64,000 nucleotides of DNA from Octopus vulgaris (Eukaryota), in contig OX597821.1 of NCBI GenBank assembly GCA_951406725.2, forward strand, positions 74,028,001-74,092,000, in the 5' to 3' direction. Shown in pieces: positions 39,237 to 54,465 of the stretch. Position numbers and translations under genes: made by a program. The notes beneath the pieces are model-generated. The model saw nothing but the letters and a program-made list of their open reading frames with translations. It made no database searches and was not told the DNA's origin. How positions within the stretch are numbered: the stretch's first letter is position 1; every line of letters starts with the position of its first letter.

Positions 39237-40904
39237 ACCTGGTTCCTTACTCTCATTAGTACACTCACATACCAAATTTCTCCATGATGGGTTCACCATC
39301 ATAAGCTGCTTATGCCAATACCATCCGCAACGTTGCACCTACTAGCTGGCACTTTACATTTAAACCTTTCGCCTCTGTAACACGGACCATACCTTCAAAT
39401 CCACCGCCGTATTTCTATGTAAACATAATGTGAATTTCTATGTAAACGTAAGGCGAACTTTTGCCTAAATTCACTATATCCACCTATCCACAATTGGACG
39501 AAATACATCACGGAAAGTCTGTAGCTTATTGCTTTTCTTATACTCTTTTACTCTTTTACTTGTTTCAGTCATTTGACTGCGGCCATGCTGGAGCACCGCC
39601 TTTAGTCGAGCAAATCGACCCCAAGACTTTTTCTTTGGACTACAACACGCCGCCGGGAATCGAACTCGTGACCGAACGATCGTGGCTTTCACATTTGTGT
39701 GTGTGTGTGTGTGTGTGTTTGTATTTTTGTATGTTCTGTTGAGTTGGGGGTAAAGCCTGGGAGCAACGCAATGCCAGCAAATGGCTCAGAAGTGATTGCT
39801 TCCGTCCTACTGCCGTCGATTGTTTAACCAATCACACATTCACTTCTATCTCCTCTTACGGGAAGGGATTCTGTTCGTCTTCGGTTTATTAACATCATCA
39901 TATTTCAGCATTTCAGTCAATCGGATCACTTCGAAAATAACCATGCACATGCATACACATACACCACACCCATACACGCCATACGCACATACACGCAAAC
40001 ACACACACACAAACACGCCACACACACATACACACACACAACAAGGAGACTAATTGCATTTTAAATTCTATGCAAATTTTTCATTTAACAAACTTATCTC
40101 CGTTCCCACAAAATGCGAGAGAATCGCTTCTTTGGAATTGGTTTCCATTCCAAGCTAGAAAGATAACCTGAGAGGCCAGAATCCCCAAGAATTGATATAG
40201 CATTAAGAAAATGACTGATTGTCTAGAGAAAAGATGATGTCTTTGGACTAGTGTTTCTGCCTCGGTAGCCATTGTCACCAGAGCCGTTATCCTATCTTAT
40301 GTTCTCACTTCACAATATACCAGTGCGAAAGAGGAAATTAAACGTGCTTATAACGAAGTGTACATTTATATAAATTCAAGTGAAATGCAAACTTCACTGT
40401 CTCAGATTCGAATTTCACTGTTCGGTTCCGCATGCTCTGCGAATTTAAAATAGAACATACGTTGGATATATAATTTTGGTTAGTTTAGGAAATAAATACC
40501 TGAACAAAAACAGTTGAAAGTAAATGCGAAATTTGCCTGGTTCTTGGGAATCGATAGATTTTAGCGTTGACAAAAAACGGTTTAATATCAGGCGATGAAC
40601 GGCAAACGAGAAAAGGATCGAAGGAAAAGAAGATGAAAGACACAAACGGAAAGAAAAGAAAAGACAAAAGGCGAAGGATTATGAATAAGAATGAGAGGAT
40701 TGCAAGGAAGAAATTGGCCATTGAAGAAGGAGGCAGGGAGAATAATTTTTAGAAAATTAGAGGTTAAGAATATCTATAGATTTGGAAAGAATCTATATCA
40801 GCAGAATTGGAAGAATCTATATCGATGAGATTTCGGATCGAAAGATGAAGGAACACATACCTATGTAAAGCTATGATGTCAATGTATATATGTGTATATG
40901 AGTG

Positions 40905-41002
<98 letters not shown>

Positions 41003-41386
41003 AGTGTATATATATATATATATATATATATATGCATGTATATACATGTATGTGTGTATTTATGTAGGTATGTGTCTATCTATTTATCTATCTATCTATC
41101 TATTGATAAATATGCAAAAACATGTATGTATAAATATATACATAACTGCGTAGTTATGTATATGTAATACACGTGCACGCTGGAAGTGTGTTGTGTTTGA
41201 TATATATCATTTCATATAAACAGGTTTATGTCCTAACTAAATTTAGATGAAATACCTTCACCCGCCGCCATTACTAACTTCTTTTCAATCCATTGAGCGA
41301 AGCAGACGACAGAAAACAGATTAATCCTCTGTAACTAGCATGAGAAAATATGCTTAACCGTGAATACCTCTACCTTCCCCTCTTTT

Positions 41387-41504
<118 letters not shown>

Positions 41505-41576
41505 TAGGGTTCAGCAAAGATTTGCTTTACCACATACCGAAGTTTAGAAATAGGAGCCAGAGAACCTTAGCTATTC

Positions 41577-41647
<71 letters not shown>

Positions 41648-41701
41648 TATATTACTCTTGCCAGAGAAAACAGTATGTATATATATAACAGAGAAAGAGT
41701 A

Positions 41702-41741
<40 letters not shown>

Positions 41742-41956
41742 CGTTGCTATTATGTTAAACTGTCATATACCCAAATTTGACCAAATTTCTTTTATTCAAT
41801 ATTTATTTTTGCTTGTGATAGCCAATTCTTTGCCAAGATATCAAAAGTTGTCAAAGTGTAGTACAATGGTTTGGCTATGGAATGGTGAAACTAATTTTCG
41901 TTTTCTGAAAAAGAAATGTTTTGGACCTACGGCACTTTTGCATAATAGCAACAGTG

Positions 41957-42042
<86 letters not shown>

Positions 42043-42044
42043 GA

Positions 42045-42387
42045 GCATAATCCTATGAACCCGGAAACATGTAAAACAGAGGGTTACTTACTTGCAAACA
42101 AATGTGTTAACATGTGACATTATTGACCGTGGTGACCGTAGTCTTTTCCGTAGGCTTTTCTTTCCACGGATAAACCTTATCTGCTTCCCCCTTTACACTT
42201 TACATCATGACATTTCTGTGATACACGATCCCTATTGATCGTTTTGTGTTTTTTTTGTTTTGCCTTTTACGATCCCTTTTGATCGAAAACCTACCCCACT
42301 TTTTTTTTCTTCTCCTCTAAAAGAAAAGCTCTACTTTGTAATCTGTCCCGTCTGTGTGCAACCCTGTGTGGCTAATAAAGAAACATA

Positions 42388-42390
<3 letters not shown>
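42045..42390 (+). mobile_element. LINE-like 3' UTR fragment in (TATC)n; second copy at 63618-63940
   Basis: Two similar copies, both directly following (TATC)n and ending GGCTAAT(A/G)AAGAAACATAT. Confidence 0.7.
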
Positions 42391-42477
<87 letters not shown>

Positions 42478-43849
42478 CCTTCCTTCCTTCCCGTGACTTT
42501 CAACTCTTATGTTTCTGCCGTAAGGCTTCATTTCCACACACGCCAGCTTAACTTAATTCGTCCTTAATTAAAATACACCTGTTGTTAATGTCCTCGTTTT
42601 CTATGAGATCTTACACAACTCGGCTAACACCAAAAATGCTGAAAGGTAATTTTGCGACAACTAGTATTCAAACTTGACTAGTGGGTGGATATAGTCTAGA
42701 GGGTATTCGGGGCTTAACGAAGTAGAAAATTATTTGTGTTGTTTTCAATTAGTTTTTTTTTCACATGTCGTAACATAAACTATATTTAGCTTTCTTCATC
42801 TCACTAAGTTTTGTAATAATTTTAATGACAAACATTCTATTGTATACACGAGTTTGTAGTCAATAAAAGAAGGAGAGGCAGAATCGATTGAGCGTCGGTG
42901 AAAGACTTGCAGTTAATTAGTTCTGTTATTTTTTTGTTTCTAAGTTAAAATCTTAAAAGGGTCATCTTTACATCTCACCTTTGCTGGGTCGATGAAATAT
43001 ACCTGTCAAGTAGTAGAAGGATCGATACAATCAAGTGTTCCCTCCTACTAAAATACATCGCTTTGTGTCCCACTTAAAGATCAATATTACCATCTATATA
43101 TTTGAATGAGTAATCAAAACACTTCTATATTATATTGAAATTGTAAAATAAACCCAGATTGTTCCATAAAATTTAATTTGTTATATATACATATTTATCA
43201 CAAGCACGCACGCACACAAACACACTCACATATATATATATGTATGCATGTATATATAAAATAAACATTATAAAAAGGGCTGTCGTACAGATTAAATGCG
43301 GAAACTAAAATACGATACACGTGTACATTAATAGACGAGATTTTATTCACTGATGAGACTCGTGTGTCGCATTAGCAATATACATATATTTAACTAGTAA
43401 AATTGCAGAATCGCGGTTGAATTGATTATTTCTCTCGCTCCCTTTCTCTCCCTCTATTTCTCTCCCTGTCTCTCTCTCTCTCACACACATACATTCAGAT
43501 ATTCATTCACACATAAATATAAAGTCCTTTTGGAAGCTGCTTTGTGAACTTTGATTAAAAGGGACAATTTTGTGGACATGTATGAAGCAACGAAACATGG
43601 ATGCGGTGCCTCGAAAGCGATCATTTCTGTTTGTCAGTGAAATTCGTTCGCTAATGTGCAAGGGTAAACGTGATATGCCACGGCCTCGTGATAAGCTGTG
43701 ACGGGAACTTTCATCATGCTCTTAGAAAACCTACTGAAATAAGCTGTGACTGATGTATGGAACAGAGTGCTGTGCATGGACCACCGAAGTCATTCGGAAG
43801 TAGGTACTAAAAACCGATTAGGAGGAGAGAGATAGGATGCAGTAAACGC

Positions 43850-43931
<82 letters not shown>

Positions 43932-44495
43932 TATGTTCATTGGGTCACATCGCAATACATGAACCAGCAATATACAAGGCTGGCAGTCTGAACTATTCGC
44001 CGAAATATTTGCCTCTGACTCGTTGTCGCGTCTTTAGTGCAGTAATGGCACATTGTGGAGTACATATGTTACGAAAACTGACAGGTATTCTAAAGAGTTT
44101 AATACGGACCTAAGAAGAAAAAGAAGTCAAACGTCCCTCAAATCCCTCTCTATCGATTCAAATATAAAGTAAGATACGCTAAAAACGTATCCGCTGATCT
44201 CCAAAGAAGACAACATCGCACCGACAATAAGGCCTTTAATCATAGGTGTCATCAATCAAAGTTAAGCAGAAACTAGACACTATTCATTAACAAACCTACC
44301 GCAACTGTGAAGGGAACGCTTGGAACAAGGCCAGCACTGTCACAGCACACGCCCCTATTTCTGACTGAACGCAAGGCGCACGTGCTAGCGTACACACCGT
44401 TTCACACACATGGCTGCACCCATAACAGGGGACCCAGCAGCTGTGTTCAATGCAGATTTCATATAATACATATATACATACACATACACACAATC

Positions 44496-44587
<92 letters not shown>

Positions 44588-44797
44588 GTGTTTGTGTAAA
44601 ATCGGTATATTAAGGTTTGTTGCGGGTATATGTGCATATTGATGTATAGATGTGTAGAGAGATAGCTAGATAAAAAAGAGAGGATGTTAGCAAGTAAATT
44701 GATAAAGAGAAATATTTGTCAAAAAAAGTAGACGAAATATAAATTGACCGACAAAGAGTTTTATAGATAAAGTTAAATAAATATCAAATATTTTCTA

Positions 44798-44843
<46 letters not shown>

Positions 44844-45196
44844 CCTTTCTATACATAACATACATAACGTACATTCATAAATACATACATTAATATGTAA
44901 AGAGAGGTGGGGAGAAGTAGAAAGATCTGTAGATAGTAAAATAGACATACACGAGTACATAGTTTGAAAGAACATAACTGGGTACAGAATACCCTCGATA
45001 TATATGTGTATGTATATATATATATTGCTTCCCGACCACGTGGTTCCGTGATCAGACACACTGCTCACCGTGGGCAAGTATCTTCTATTATAGCCTCGGG
45101 GAGTCCACAGCCTTGTGAGTAAACCTGGCGGACGGAAACCTGATAGACGTATATATATATATATCGTTTAAACCTCGCCAAGATAAATATTTAAAC

Positions 45197-45260
45197 CACC
45201 TGATGAATGACAGTGACTCGAAAATTTGAAGTAGTTAGCAGCCATGAAACGATCGTAGTG
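45197..45260 (+). ncRNA. Minimal type I hammerhead ribozyme
   Basis: CAC-CTGATGA-ATG...CAT-GAAA-CGATCG-TA-GTG; palindromic loop III. Lies in an AT-rich PLE-like repeat at about 45165-45485. Confidence 0.65.
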
Positions 45261-45471
45261 TGATATTAATTATATTTTTTTAATAATTTTGTTATATATT
45301 TAAATAATATAAATTAAATAATCTTATGTATTGGTTTAAGTTTTTCATTGTTTGATTTGCCTAATAGTGGTTTTGTCTCTAATTTAATATAATATAATAT
45401 TTTACTATAAAATTGGATTCAATCCTAAATCTGATTTTTCCCTGTAAGTTTGGATTTATTCCCTAATATTT

Positions 45472-45547
<76 letters not shown>

Positions 45548-45577
45548 TGTATGTATATATATTTATATATATATATA

Positions 45578-45741
45578 GGCGCAGGAGTGGCTGTGTGGTA
45601 AGTAGCTTGCTAACAAACCACATGGTTCCGGGTTCAGTCCACTGCGTGGCATCTTGGGCAAGTGTCTTCTGCTATAGCCCCGGGCCGGCCAAAGCCTTGT
45701 GAGTGGATTTGGTAGACGGAAACTGAAAGAAGCCTGTCGTA

Positions 45742-45790
<49 letters not shown>

Positions 45791-46010
45791 ATATGTTTGT
45801 GTGTCTGTGTTTGTCCCCCACCGTCGTTTGACAACCGATGTTTGTGTGTTTGCGTCCCCGTAACTTAGCGTTTCGACCTAAGAGACTGATAGAATAAGTA
45901 CTAGGCTTACAAACAATATGCTCTGGGGTCGATTTGTTCAACTTAAAATCCCTTTAAGGCGGTACTCCGGCATGGCCGCAGTCAAATGACTGAAACAGAT
46001 AAAAGAAAGT
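45578..46010 (+). mobile_element. SINE family B copy (partial copies also at 45025-45150, 49170-49296, 39535-39625, 56025-56165, 61330-61430)
   Basis: Reverse-complement match to 6882-7297. Confidence 0.85.
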
Positions 46011-46038
46011 ATTGAGGCAGACGTTTAAGTTCGATTTA

Positions 46039-46117
<79 letters not shown>

Positions 46118-46308
46118 CGCAACTAGATAGAAAGATAGATTATATTAATTAGTTAATTGGTGGGATGTTGCTTAATTCTCGATTGAGCAGCTCTCGGATC
46201 AGCTGCAGCCGTTGCCATCCAAACTGCTTCTAGATCTTAGGTTACACTGTGCCATGTGTCACCATATATCTATGACGATACGGTATGAATGAATGGGAAT
46301 TTGGTTAA

Positions 46309-46525
46309 GGCGGCGAGCTGGCAGAAACGTTAGCACGCCGCGTGAAATGTTTAGTGATATTTCGTCTGTCTTTATGTCCTGAGTTCAAATTCCACCGAGG
46401 TCGATTTTTTTAATGCCTTTCATCCTTTTCGGGTCGATAAATTAATTCCCTGTTGCGAACTGGGGTCGATCTAATGGACTGGCCTCTCCTCAAAAATGTC
46501 GGGCCTTGTGGCTAGAGCAGAAAAT
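46309..46525 (+). mobile_element. tRNA-related SINE family A (GGCGGCGAGCTGGCAGAA... head)
   Basis: A box TGGCAGAAACGTT, B box GAGTTCAAATTCC, central GCCTTTCATCCTTTCGGGGTCGATAAA domain. Other copies at about 17-180(-), 2235-2375(-), 2619-2830, 15370-15555, 16318-16490(-), 17541-17701(-), 25488-25562, 34559-34770, 38595-38760(-) and 42875-43080. Confidence 0.8.
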
Positions 46526-46625
46526 AATGTCTATTACTTTGATGCTATATATATATATATATATATATATATGCATAGGTATGTATATGTCTATATGTAT
46601 GTAGGTATGTATATATGTATGTATG

Positions 46626-47335
46626 TCATTGTTCAGTTTTATTTCAAGATTTCTTACCAAAAGAGAAAGAGCCGGTTTCTAACCTAGATCCCAGGCTCCT
46701 TTATTGCAATTTCAACATCAACAACAGGTATTTTTGTATGTATGTATGTATGTGTGTATGTATGCATGTATATAAGTGTGTATGTATGTATGTATGTATG
46801 TATGTATGTATGTATGTATGTATGTATGTATGTATGTATGTATGTGTGTATGTATGCATGTATATAAGTGTGTATGTATGTATGTATGTATGTATGTATG
46901 TATGTATGTATGTATGTATGTACGTGCAGATTTGTATGTTTTGCTTTATGTATGTTTTCTCATGCATATAGTTGTATATCTAGACATGCTCATATATATT
47001 GAAATGATAAACTTCCGGAAAGTTTTATAGATTTTTACAGTCCCAGTAATGGATTCGATCTGTAGCTTTCTCCTTTCAGGTTTTGAGAAGCCTAATTTCT
47101 CAAGATTGGTATTTAGGCAGTATATTAAATATCCCAAGACCCTAATAATTACAGGTATATACCTGAGCTTGTAAACTGGATAGAATAACTGCAGATTTCT
47201 CAATAGTTCAGCATAGGTATTCTCTTTTTCACCGATCTTCAGCTTTCTGTTAACATCCGCTGAGCAGCTAATTTCCACAACTGTACACAGTTTCTCTTCA
47301 CTATCTCAAATCATTATATCACGTCTGCTGTGTTC
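46626..47335 (-). mobile_element. 3' fragment of a second RLE-type non-LTR retrotransposon embedded in (CATA)n
   Basis: EISCSADVN...EKENTYAELLRNLQ...YIPVIIRVLG fits an RLE C-terminus. Followed by a 3' UTR with internal CATA repeats and a terminal ~110 bp segment ending AATAAAACTGAACAATGA-(CATA)n. Confidence 0.75.
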
Positions 47336-47516
47336 GTATGTATGTATGTATGTATGTATGTATGTATGTATGTATGTATGTATGTATGTATGTATGTATG
47401 TATGTATGTATGTATGTATGTATGCATGCATGTATGCATGCTTGCATGTATGTATGCATGTATGTATGTATGTATGTATGTGTGAGCGTGTGTTTGTATG
47501 CATGCATGTATGTATG

Positions 47517-47548
<32 letters not shown>

Positions 47549-47549
47549 A

Positions 47550-47582
<33 letters not shown>

Positions 47583-48489
47583 TGTATGTATGTGTGTATG
47601 TATCTATCTATCTATCTATCGATATATCTATTTATCTATCTAGAGAGTGAGAGTGAGAGAGCGTATTAATTAGATAGGTAGATAGAAAGAAGAGGTTGGC
47701 AATGAAGAAGAAACACAGCAGTGAAGCCATCAAGATCTAATTAATTCAAGATGGCGGTGCAGTAGAAGGAAGAGAGCGATATATATATATATATATATAT
47801 ATATATCTTAATGTATCAAGAAAAAGATGCAAAAAAAAAAGAAAACTCGTAACGATTGCCACCGAAGCATCTTTTCTACCCCAGGGATCACATATCCTTT
47901 GCAAAACTGATTACACAGATGGAACGCTAAAAGTAAAGCTATCCCTACCCCACCAAACGCTAACGAATATAAAGAAAAGGTAAGAAACTGCGTGAAAGCA
48001 CACATCAATGACGTCCGATCTTGCGTCTATTCTCTTGAAATGGCGCTGAGTTTGCATCTGTGTAAAGAGCTGTGTGTGTGCTTTTGTTTGTATATGCGCA
48101 AGTGTTAGCGAAATGTGTACGTATATGGATGGGTGTGTTTACCGTGTTAGGTTTGAAGGAAAAGATCGAAAAGTATGGTCGTCTTTCTGGAATTGCTTAA
48201 TCTTGAGACTTCTCTGCATGCGCGCCCATTTCTATGTACGGATTCGCGCGCATGGGCGCTTCCTTGTACGCGTACAAGTGTATGTGTGTATGTGTGCATG
48301 TGCTTGCGCGTGTGTGTGCTTGTGTGCTTGTGTGTTTGTGTGTGTGCGTGTGTGTGTGTGTGCGTGTCTATCTCATTTGTGTTATTTTGTCTATTCTTTT
48401 GTTTGAGAAACTTTTCCTTTATATATATATATATATATATATATACATAGACACATCACGCACATACATATATGTACATGTATGCGTAC

Positions 48490-48564
<75 letters not shown>

Positions 48565-48629
48565 TTGTGTCATTGCTGCTTTTTTCTACCCAAATCAATC
48601 TTATTATTGTCATGCTTGTTGTTTTAGTT

Positions 48630-48665
<36 letters not shown>

Positions 48666-48690
48666 CTTCTTCTTCTTCTTCTTCTTCTTC

Positions 48691-48768
<78 letters not shown>

Positions 48769-49293
48769 TTTTTAGAGTAAAATTCTGATGTAGTTTTTCT
48801 TTTGTTTTTCAGTTGTTTTTCTTTTCTCATTATATTTTCTAATGAATAAAAGATGACACTAATAAAAAAAAGAAATATACAAACAACAAGAACAACGAAA
48901 ACCGCACAATATAAATTCCTGGAGATCTTGGATCTAAAGACAAAAAACAGAATAACTAAAATTATTGCATATGTTATGTGAAGATTGAACTCACGACACC
49001 TATCACTTACAAAAAAGGAAGGAAAACTTATGACAAATACGCAGCGTAAATGAAGAAACGCAAAAAAAATGGCAAGATACTCTAAAGATAAAAATGCGGG
49101 AGATTCTTATTTCGATTTGTTTCAAACGGCAGAATCGGTAAACTGTAGGAAAAAGTACCTTGTAATAGCTTCACACTACATGATTCCGTGTTCAGTCCCA
49201 CTGCAAGGCACCTTGGGCAAGTGACTTCTACTATAGCCTTGTGGCGACCAAAGCCTTGTGAATGGATTTTGCAGATGGAAACTGAAAGAAGCT

Positions 49294-49363
<70 letters not shown>

Positions 49364-49364
49364 G

Positions 49365-49407
<43 letters not shown>

Positions 49408-50029
49408 TAGAGATAATTGAGATTCAGTCGAATTAGGTAGCTACAACATGGATTCCTTCCATCTTCTTTCTCTGTTAAAGTATTTAAGAAAAATTATTTT
49501 AATGTGTCCAACTGATTAAAATTCTATTTATTTGTGCAGCTGATGATAGCTCTGCAATTGAATTGGTGTAATGATTGCATTACAGCAACTACGGCATGGT
49601 CGAGTTGTGATCTTCATCAGAAGTTGAGGCCAAGAAGCATTCCGCAACAACCCTAAATGTGACGAACTGATGTCCATAACCAATCTACTTGGGCAAAAGG
49701 TTTTAAGAATAAAGTGGGTTCCCACATCTCACAAAACAGCAACAGAAATTGTTCCCCACAAAATGCAACGATTATATCAAGAACAGAACAAACACGTCCA
49801 TGATGTAACCTTCCCTGAATTACACAACACACATGCCTTGTGGCGAAGGTGACGGCGAGGAACTTAACTGGATTAAAGTGAGAAACGGGGAGGAAAAGAC
49901 ACCTACGGAAAAAAAAGATTTGTGAAATATGAGCAAATGGTGGTGGTGGCGGTGGTGGTGGGGGAGATGCACCAACATCAATATCCAAAGCAGCTACACC
50001 TAGACATATCAGCGGCATCATCCTCATAA

Positions 50030-50305
50030 ACACCACCACTACCACTACCACTACAACCACCATCACAGCCACGACCACCACAACCACTACCACCACCAAC
50101 ACAACTACCACTACCACCACAACTACCACCACCACCTCAACCATCACCACCACACCACCACCTCAACCACCACCATAACCACCGTTACCACAGCCATCAC
50201 AACTACCACCACCACTAACACCACCATCACAGCTATAACCACCACCAACACCACCACCACTAACCCCCCACCAGCACCACCACCACCACCACCACCACAC
50301 CACTA
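50030..50305. repeat. Degenerate (CAC)n triplet tract
   Basis: Direct reading. Confidence 0.9.
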
Positions 50306-50814
50306 CTGTTACATAGACAAGCTCAATCACGATCCATTTCACACAGCAACAATCACAACACAACCCCAACAGAACGGAATAAAAAGAAATTAAATTTACG
50401 GCCATAAACAAAAGCAATAAAAAAAAACTAATGGCTCATATACATCATCAACATACAATAATTACATTACATTAATGAACAGCATTAATTAATAACATTT
50501 CAGCCTACATAAAAAATCATCAAAATAGCACAACAGACATGTTTGAAAAATGAATATCTCAATGGACGGCGAAGGTAAGTTTATGGTGATGGACATGAAC
50601 AGCAACGAATAAAGGACCTTTAGACTGGCAATTGTTTGTGCCCAGAGAGGGACGGGGTAACCGAAAAAAAGAAATACAATTGAAGGGGACTTCAGCGGAA
50701 GCATCAACGAAAGGCTTTGTAAAGCCCTCACAACTTGCTGAAGGGACGGAGCATCTGTCTCTTTTAGTAAGAAGCTGACAGGACCTTTCTCACTTTCTCC
50801 CTTCTGATATGGCC

Positions 50815-52300
50815 TTACTTAAAATAGACAGTGTAAATGCACGTGACCTGGGGTCGCCGTAGAAGCAGGGGCAACGACCTCAGGTCACTGGATATGGATT
50901 TAATGATCATCGGTGATGCCGCCAGAGTTTCCGAGCTATGAGCTACCATGCTAATTTTTAAGTGAATACAGGGTGGACACATCTCTAAATCGATAGACAT
51001 TGGGAGTGAATGAGAGAGAGAGGTAGAGAGATAGAGAGAGAGAGAGAAAGACAGAGACAGAGAGACAGAGAGACAGAGAGACAGAGAGCTATCTCTGAAA
51101 GGTCGTGCAGAGGTGGAGAACTTCACCTCTGTCATAAATTAGAACATAACCATTGTGCCCTGCCCCGGTTCCCGTATCCCCGAATTGATGAAATTGCTCT
51201 TCCGTTCTCTTAAGCAGAGACACCTTTCCCTGGTCTGGCGTTTCCTTTGCTGCCAACATCAGCTATGTGAGGGACCAGGCATGCTGTGATTGACGATGCG
51301 CCCACAGAAATTCTTTGGCAGTGAGCAAGTATGGCCGGCGTTTGTCAGACTGGGTTTTGCACAACTTGTTTATATGACTGAGCTACAGTCATGAGGCTGC
51401 AAAGACCAAGAGAGGCCAATTTGCATCTGGAATATTGCTAAGCAATCACATCTATCAATCGGTTAATGTGATCGGTGCAAATTTGACTTTATTTTCTATA
51501 GAGTAGTAGTGGAAGGCAAGAGCGTTGGGGTTTTTGAGTGCCTCAGGGAGTCGACGAAAATTAACTGGCTTGTTGGTTCTGGGGGAATTCTGGGCCGGAG
51601 CTCATGTTTAAGTTCCATGAATCTATGTCGTGGTTGTGTTACCAGGACTATTGCCAGTTCGGGAAAAACTCTACATACGGGGAAATACCGGTCATCCAGT
51701 CCTGCTCGATGTGCGCACCGCGCTGTTCTGTGTACACTTATACAATGCCTGTGCAATACTGACATGTGAAGGTATATCAAACGTCTGTCACGTTATTGAA
51801 TGGATCCGGTTATCAACTGAGACCATTGCAAAGATCGTCCTGTCGCCTTCATTTGGCAGGGAAAAACAGGCAGCTTTTAACTGTCTGATGGCTGTGACGA
51901 AAGCCATAAGTCACTTCAAGACTGTCTGTCGAAAGCAGATGCTAGGTGCTCAACTAGAAGGGCAGAAGACACGTTCCTCTTTGGTCAAGTTCCAATTTTT
52001 GAAGTTTAATTTAAAAGCAGAAATTGAGGGGGAAGAGTTAAGGTGCAGTCTGTAAATGGTGGATGAGGGTAGCAAGAATGCTTCAAGTAAATGGTTTTGC
52101 TTTGATAATGCGTCTGTTTATTGAGAGAGAAAAATAAGGAGAGGGCACTTCCCGCTGTGGTTAGTTTGGTCCTGGTATTGTGAATCCCAAAAAGTATCTC
52201 GGATTAACCTCTCTTACTTTTGAGAGCGCTCACATTATATCTTATTGTAGAGTTACCAATCTTTTTATGAACGTTTAGTGGTGATTGTACCATGTGTTTC
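50815..52300 (+). mobile_element. Highly degenerate, internally deleted Tx1/L1-like LINE
   Basis: The 5' part resembles an APE endonuclease start (LKIDSVNARDLGS...NDLRSLDMDL). The 3' part resembles the C-terminal zinc finger region (SWLCYQ/LPVREKLYIRGN/ARCAH...IQC). Many frameshifts. Confidence 0.6.
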
Positions 52301-52352
52301 CAGCTTCAAATCCCCATTTCTAGCAGAGTTTCCTGTTTAAAATTATTATTAT

Positions 52353-52707
52353 TATTACCTCCGCCTTAGTGATGGCAGAGTTATTGTTTTCAGTTGTGTT
52401 TGTTTGTTTGACCTTGGACAAGAACCACAGGATAGATTCGGATGAAACTTTCAGGGATGTTTGGCCTCATGACTGGCACGAACTGATTAGATTTTGGGAT
52501 CGATCCGGTACCGATAAGGATTCTGGATTATTTTCCGTTTCCTTTTACTTCACTTTTGAGAGCAGTCGAGTTCACTTTTAGCATTCTCGTTTGTGAGAGC
52601 AAACGTGTTTATTCCAGATAGTCTCATTTTATAAATCATTTCCAGGTAATCGTTGATAGAACGCTGGTATTGCCTTGGGGGAGGTTTGTGCTCTCTGAGT
52701 GCTCTTG
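52353..52707 (+). mobile_element. Helentron/HINE-like non-autonomous element
   Basis: 5' TTATTACCTCCGCC with subterminal inverted GG(G)GGAGGT, a short GTTT repeat, a 3' stem-loop GCTC-TCT-GAGT, and T-rich flanks. Confidence 0.55.
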
Positions 52708-52743
52708 TTGTTGTTATTATTATTATTATTATTAATATTATTA

Positions 52744-53740
52744 TTGAGTAAGAGAGCAGTGCATGCCATCAAAGTGACACTGGGGTAAAATATACGAAGC
52801 CCAGTATACCCATCATGACTACCCGTCTGATAAGGGTACACTAGGCACATGCATCACAACCATATGTGCGCGACATGGTGATCTCATATCAAGATAAACA
52901 GCACATGACCTTGCAGGTGGGGCCCAGTTAGAATTTTCTTCTGGTCGAGTAGCCCATCCCGCTCAAAAGGTCCCTGAATAAGGGTTGTTTAAGGATGTTG
53001 AACAAAACACCCCTGTTTCCAAAGGTGAATTATTCAAACCCTAAAGAATCCCTCTCAACACATGGCTATGATGCTCCCCCACTACTTCTGCTCGTGATCA
53101 GAGATGCACATATCGTCAGCCACTAAGGGACATACTCAACTGGTTATGGTCAAACAACTGACAAGCAAATCTGTGGTATTGTGCAGAATATTTGCTGTAA
53201 CCCATCTTTTATACCAAGACAAAACAATGTACATGATAACAATTGCAATCAGTTAAGATCAGAAGCCATGAGAGCCATTGCCGGGTACTGCATCAGGGCT
53301 ATTATTATTATTATTGAGTGAGAGAGCAATGCATGCCATCAAAGTGACACTGGGGTAAAATATACGAAGCCCAATATACCCATCATGACTACCCGTCTGA
53401 TAAAGGTACACCAGGCACATGCATCACAACCATATGTGCGCGACATGGTGATCTCATATCAAGATAAACAGCACATGACCTTGCAGGTGGGATCCAGTTA
53501 GAATTTTCTTCAGGTTGAGTAGCCCATCCTGCTCAAACGGTCCCTGAATAAGGGTTGCTTTAGGATGTTGAACGAAACACCTATGTTTCCAGAGGTGAAC
53601 CATTCAAACTCCAAAGAATCCTCTCAACACATGGCCATGATGCTCCCCCACTACTTCTGCTCGTGATCAGAGATGCACATATCGTCAGCCACTAAGGGAC
53701 ATGCTCAACTGGTTAAGGTCAAACAACTGACAAGCAAATC
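52744..53740 (-). mobile_element. Two tandem copies (52744-53299; 53313-53740) of a non-coding repeat in (TAA)n
   Basis: About 430 bp is shared between the copies; each is bounded by TTA repeats. Confidence 0.8.
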
Positions 53741-53816
<76 letters not shown>

Positions 53817-53848
53817 CATTATTATCGTCGTCGTTGTTGTTGTTGTTA

Positions 53849-54302
53849 AGGCGGCGAGCTGGTAAAATCGCTAGCACGCCGGGCAAAATGGCTAGCATCT
53901 ATTTCGTCCGTCTTTATTTTCTGAGTTCACATTCCGGGGTCGATAAAATGAATACCAGTTAAGCACTGGGGTCAATGTCATAGACTTACCTCTCTCCCGA
54001 AATTGGTGGTCGATGTCGATTTTGCCTTTCATCTTTTCGGGGTCGATGAATTAAGTACCAATTGCATACTGGAGTCGATGTAATCGACTTAATCTCTTTG
54101 TTTGTCCCCTCTATGTTTAGCCCCATCGGGCCGCTACGTTTCGTCTGCCGCTACGTTCTGAGTTCAAATTCCGCCGAGGTCGTCTTTGCCTTTCATCCTT
54201 TCGGGGTCGATAAATTAAGTACCAGTTGCGTAATTGGGTCGATGTAATCGACTGGTTTCCTCCCGAAAAATTTCGGGCCTTCTGCCTAGAGTAGAAAAGA
54301 AT
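53849..54302 (+). mobile_element. Cluster of three partial/nested family A SINEs
   Basis: Three GGGGTCGAT(A/G)AA...TACCA blocks in series. Confidence 0.75.
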
Positions 54303-54465
54303 TGATAATAATCATTCCGGGTAACACATTGCAACTCGGTGTCTGACATTATAGAACGATCGATAAACAGCAGACACTTATAAAGCTTATTTGACAAAGA
54401 CAGGCACTGAATGGGACACAATGAGGCACAGTGTATTATAAATAATGAACGCTACTATTAAGAAG

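Noticed and set aside
43345-43385. CTGATGA-GAC...GTC hammerhead-like start
   Set aside because: The GAAA box and stems I/III are missing.
47747-47757. CAAGATGGCGG YY1-like motif
   Set aside because: Single short motif with no supporting promoter or ORF context.
49528-50417. Putative coding exon or mucin-like ORFs
   Set aside because: Largely (CAC)n-derived. The unique part has stops in plausible frames and no recognisable motif.
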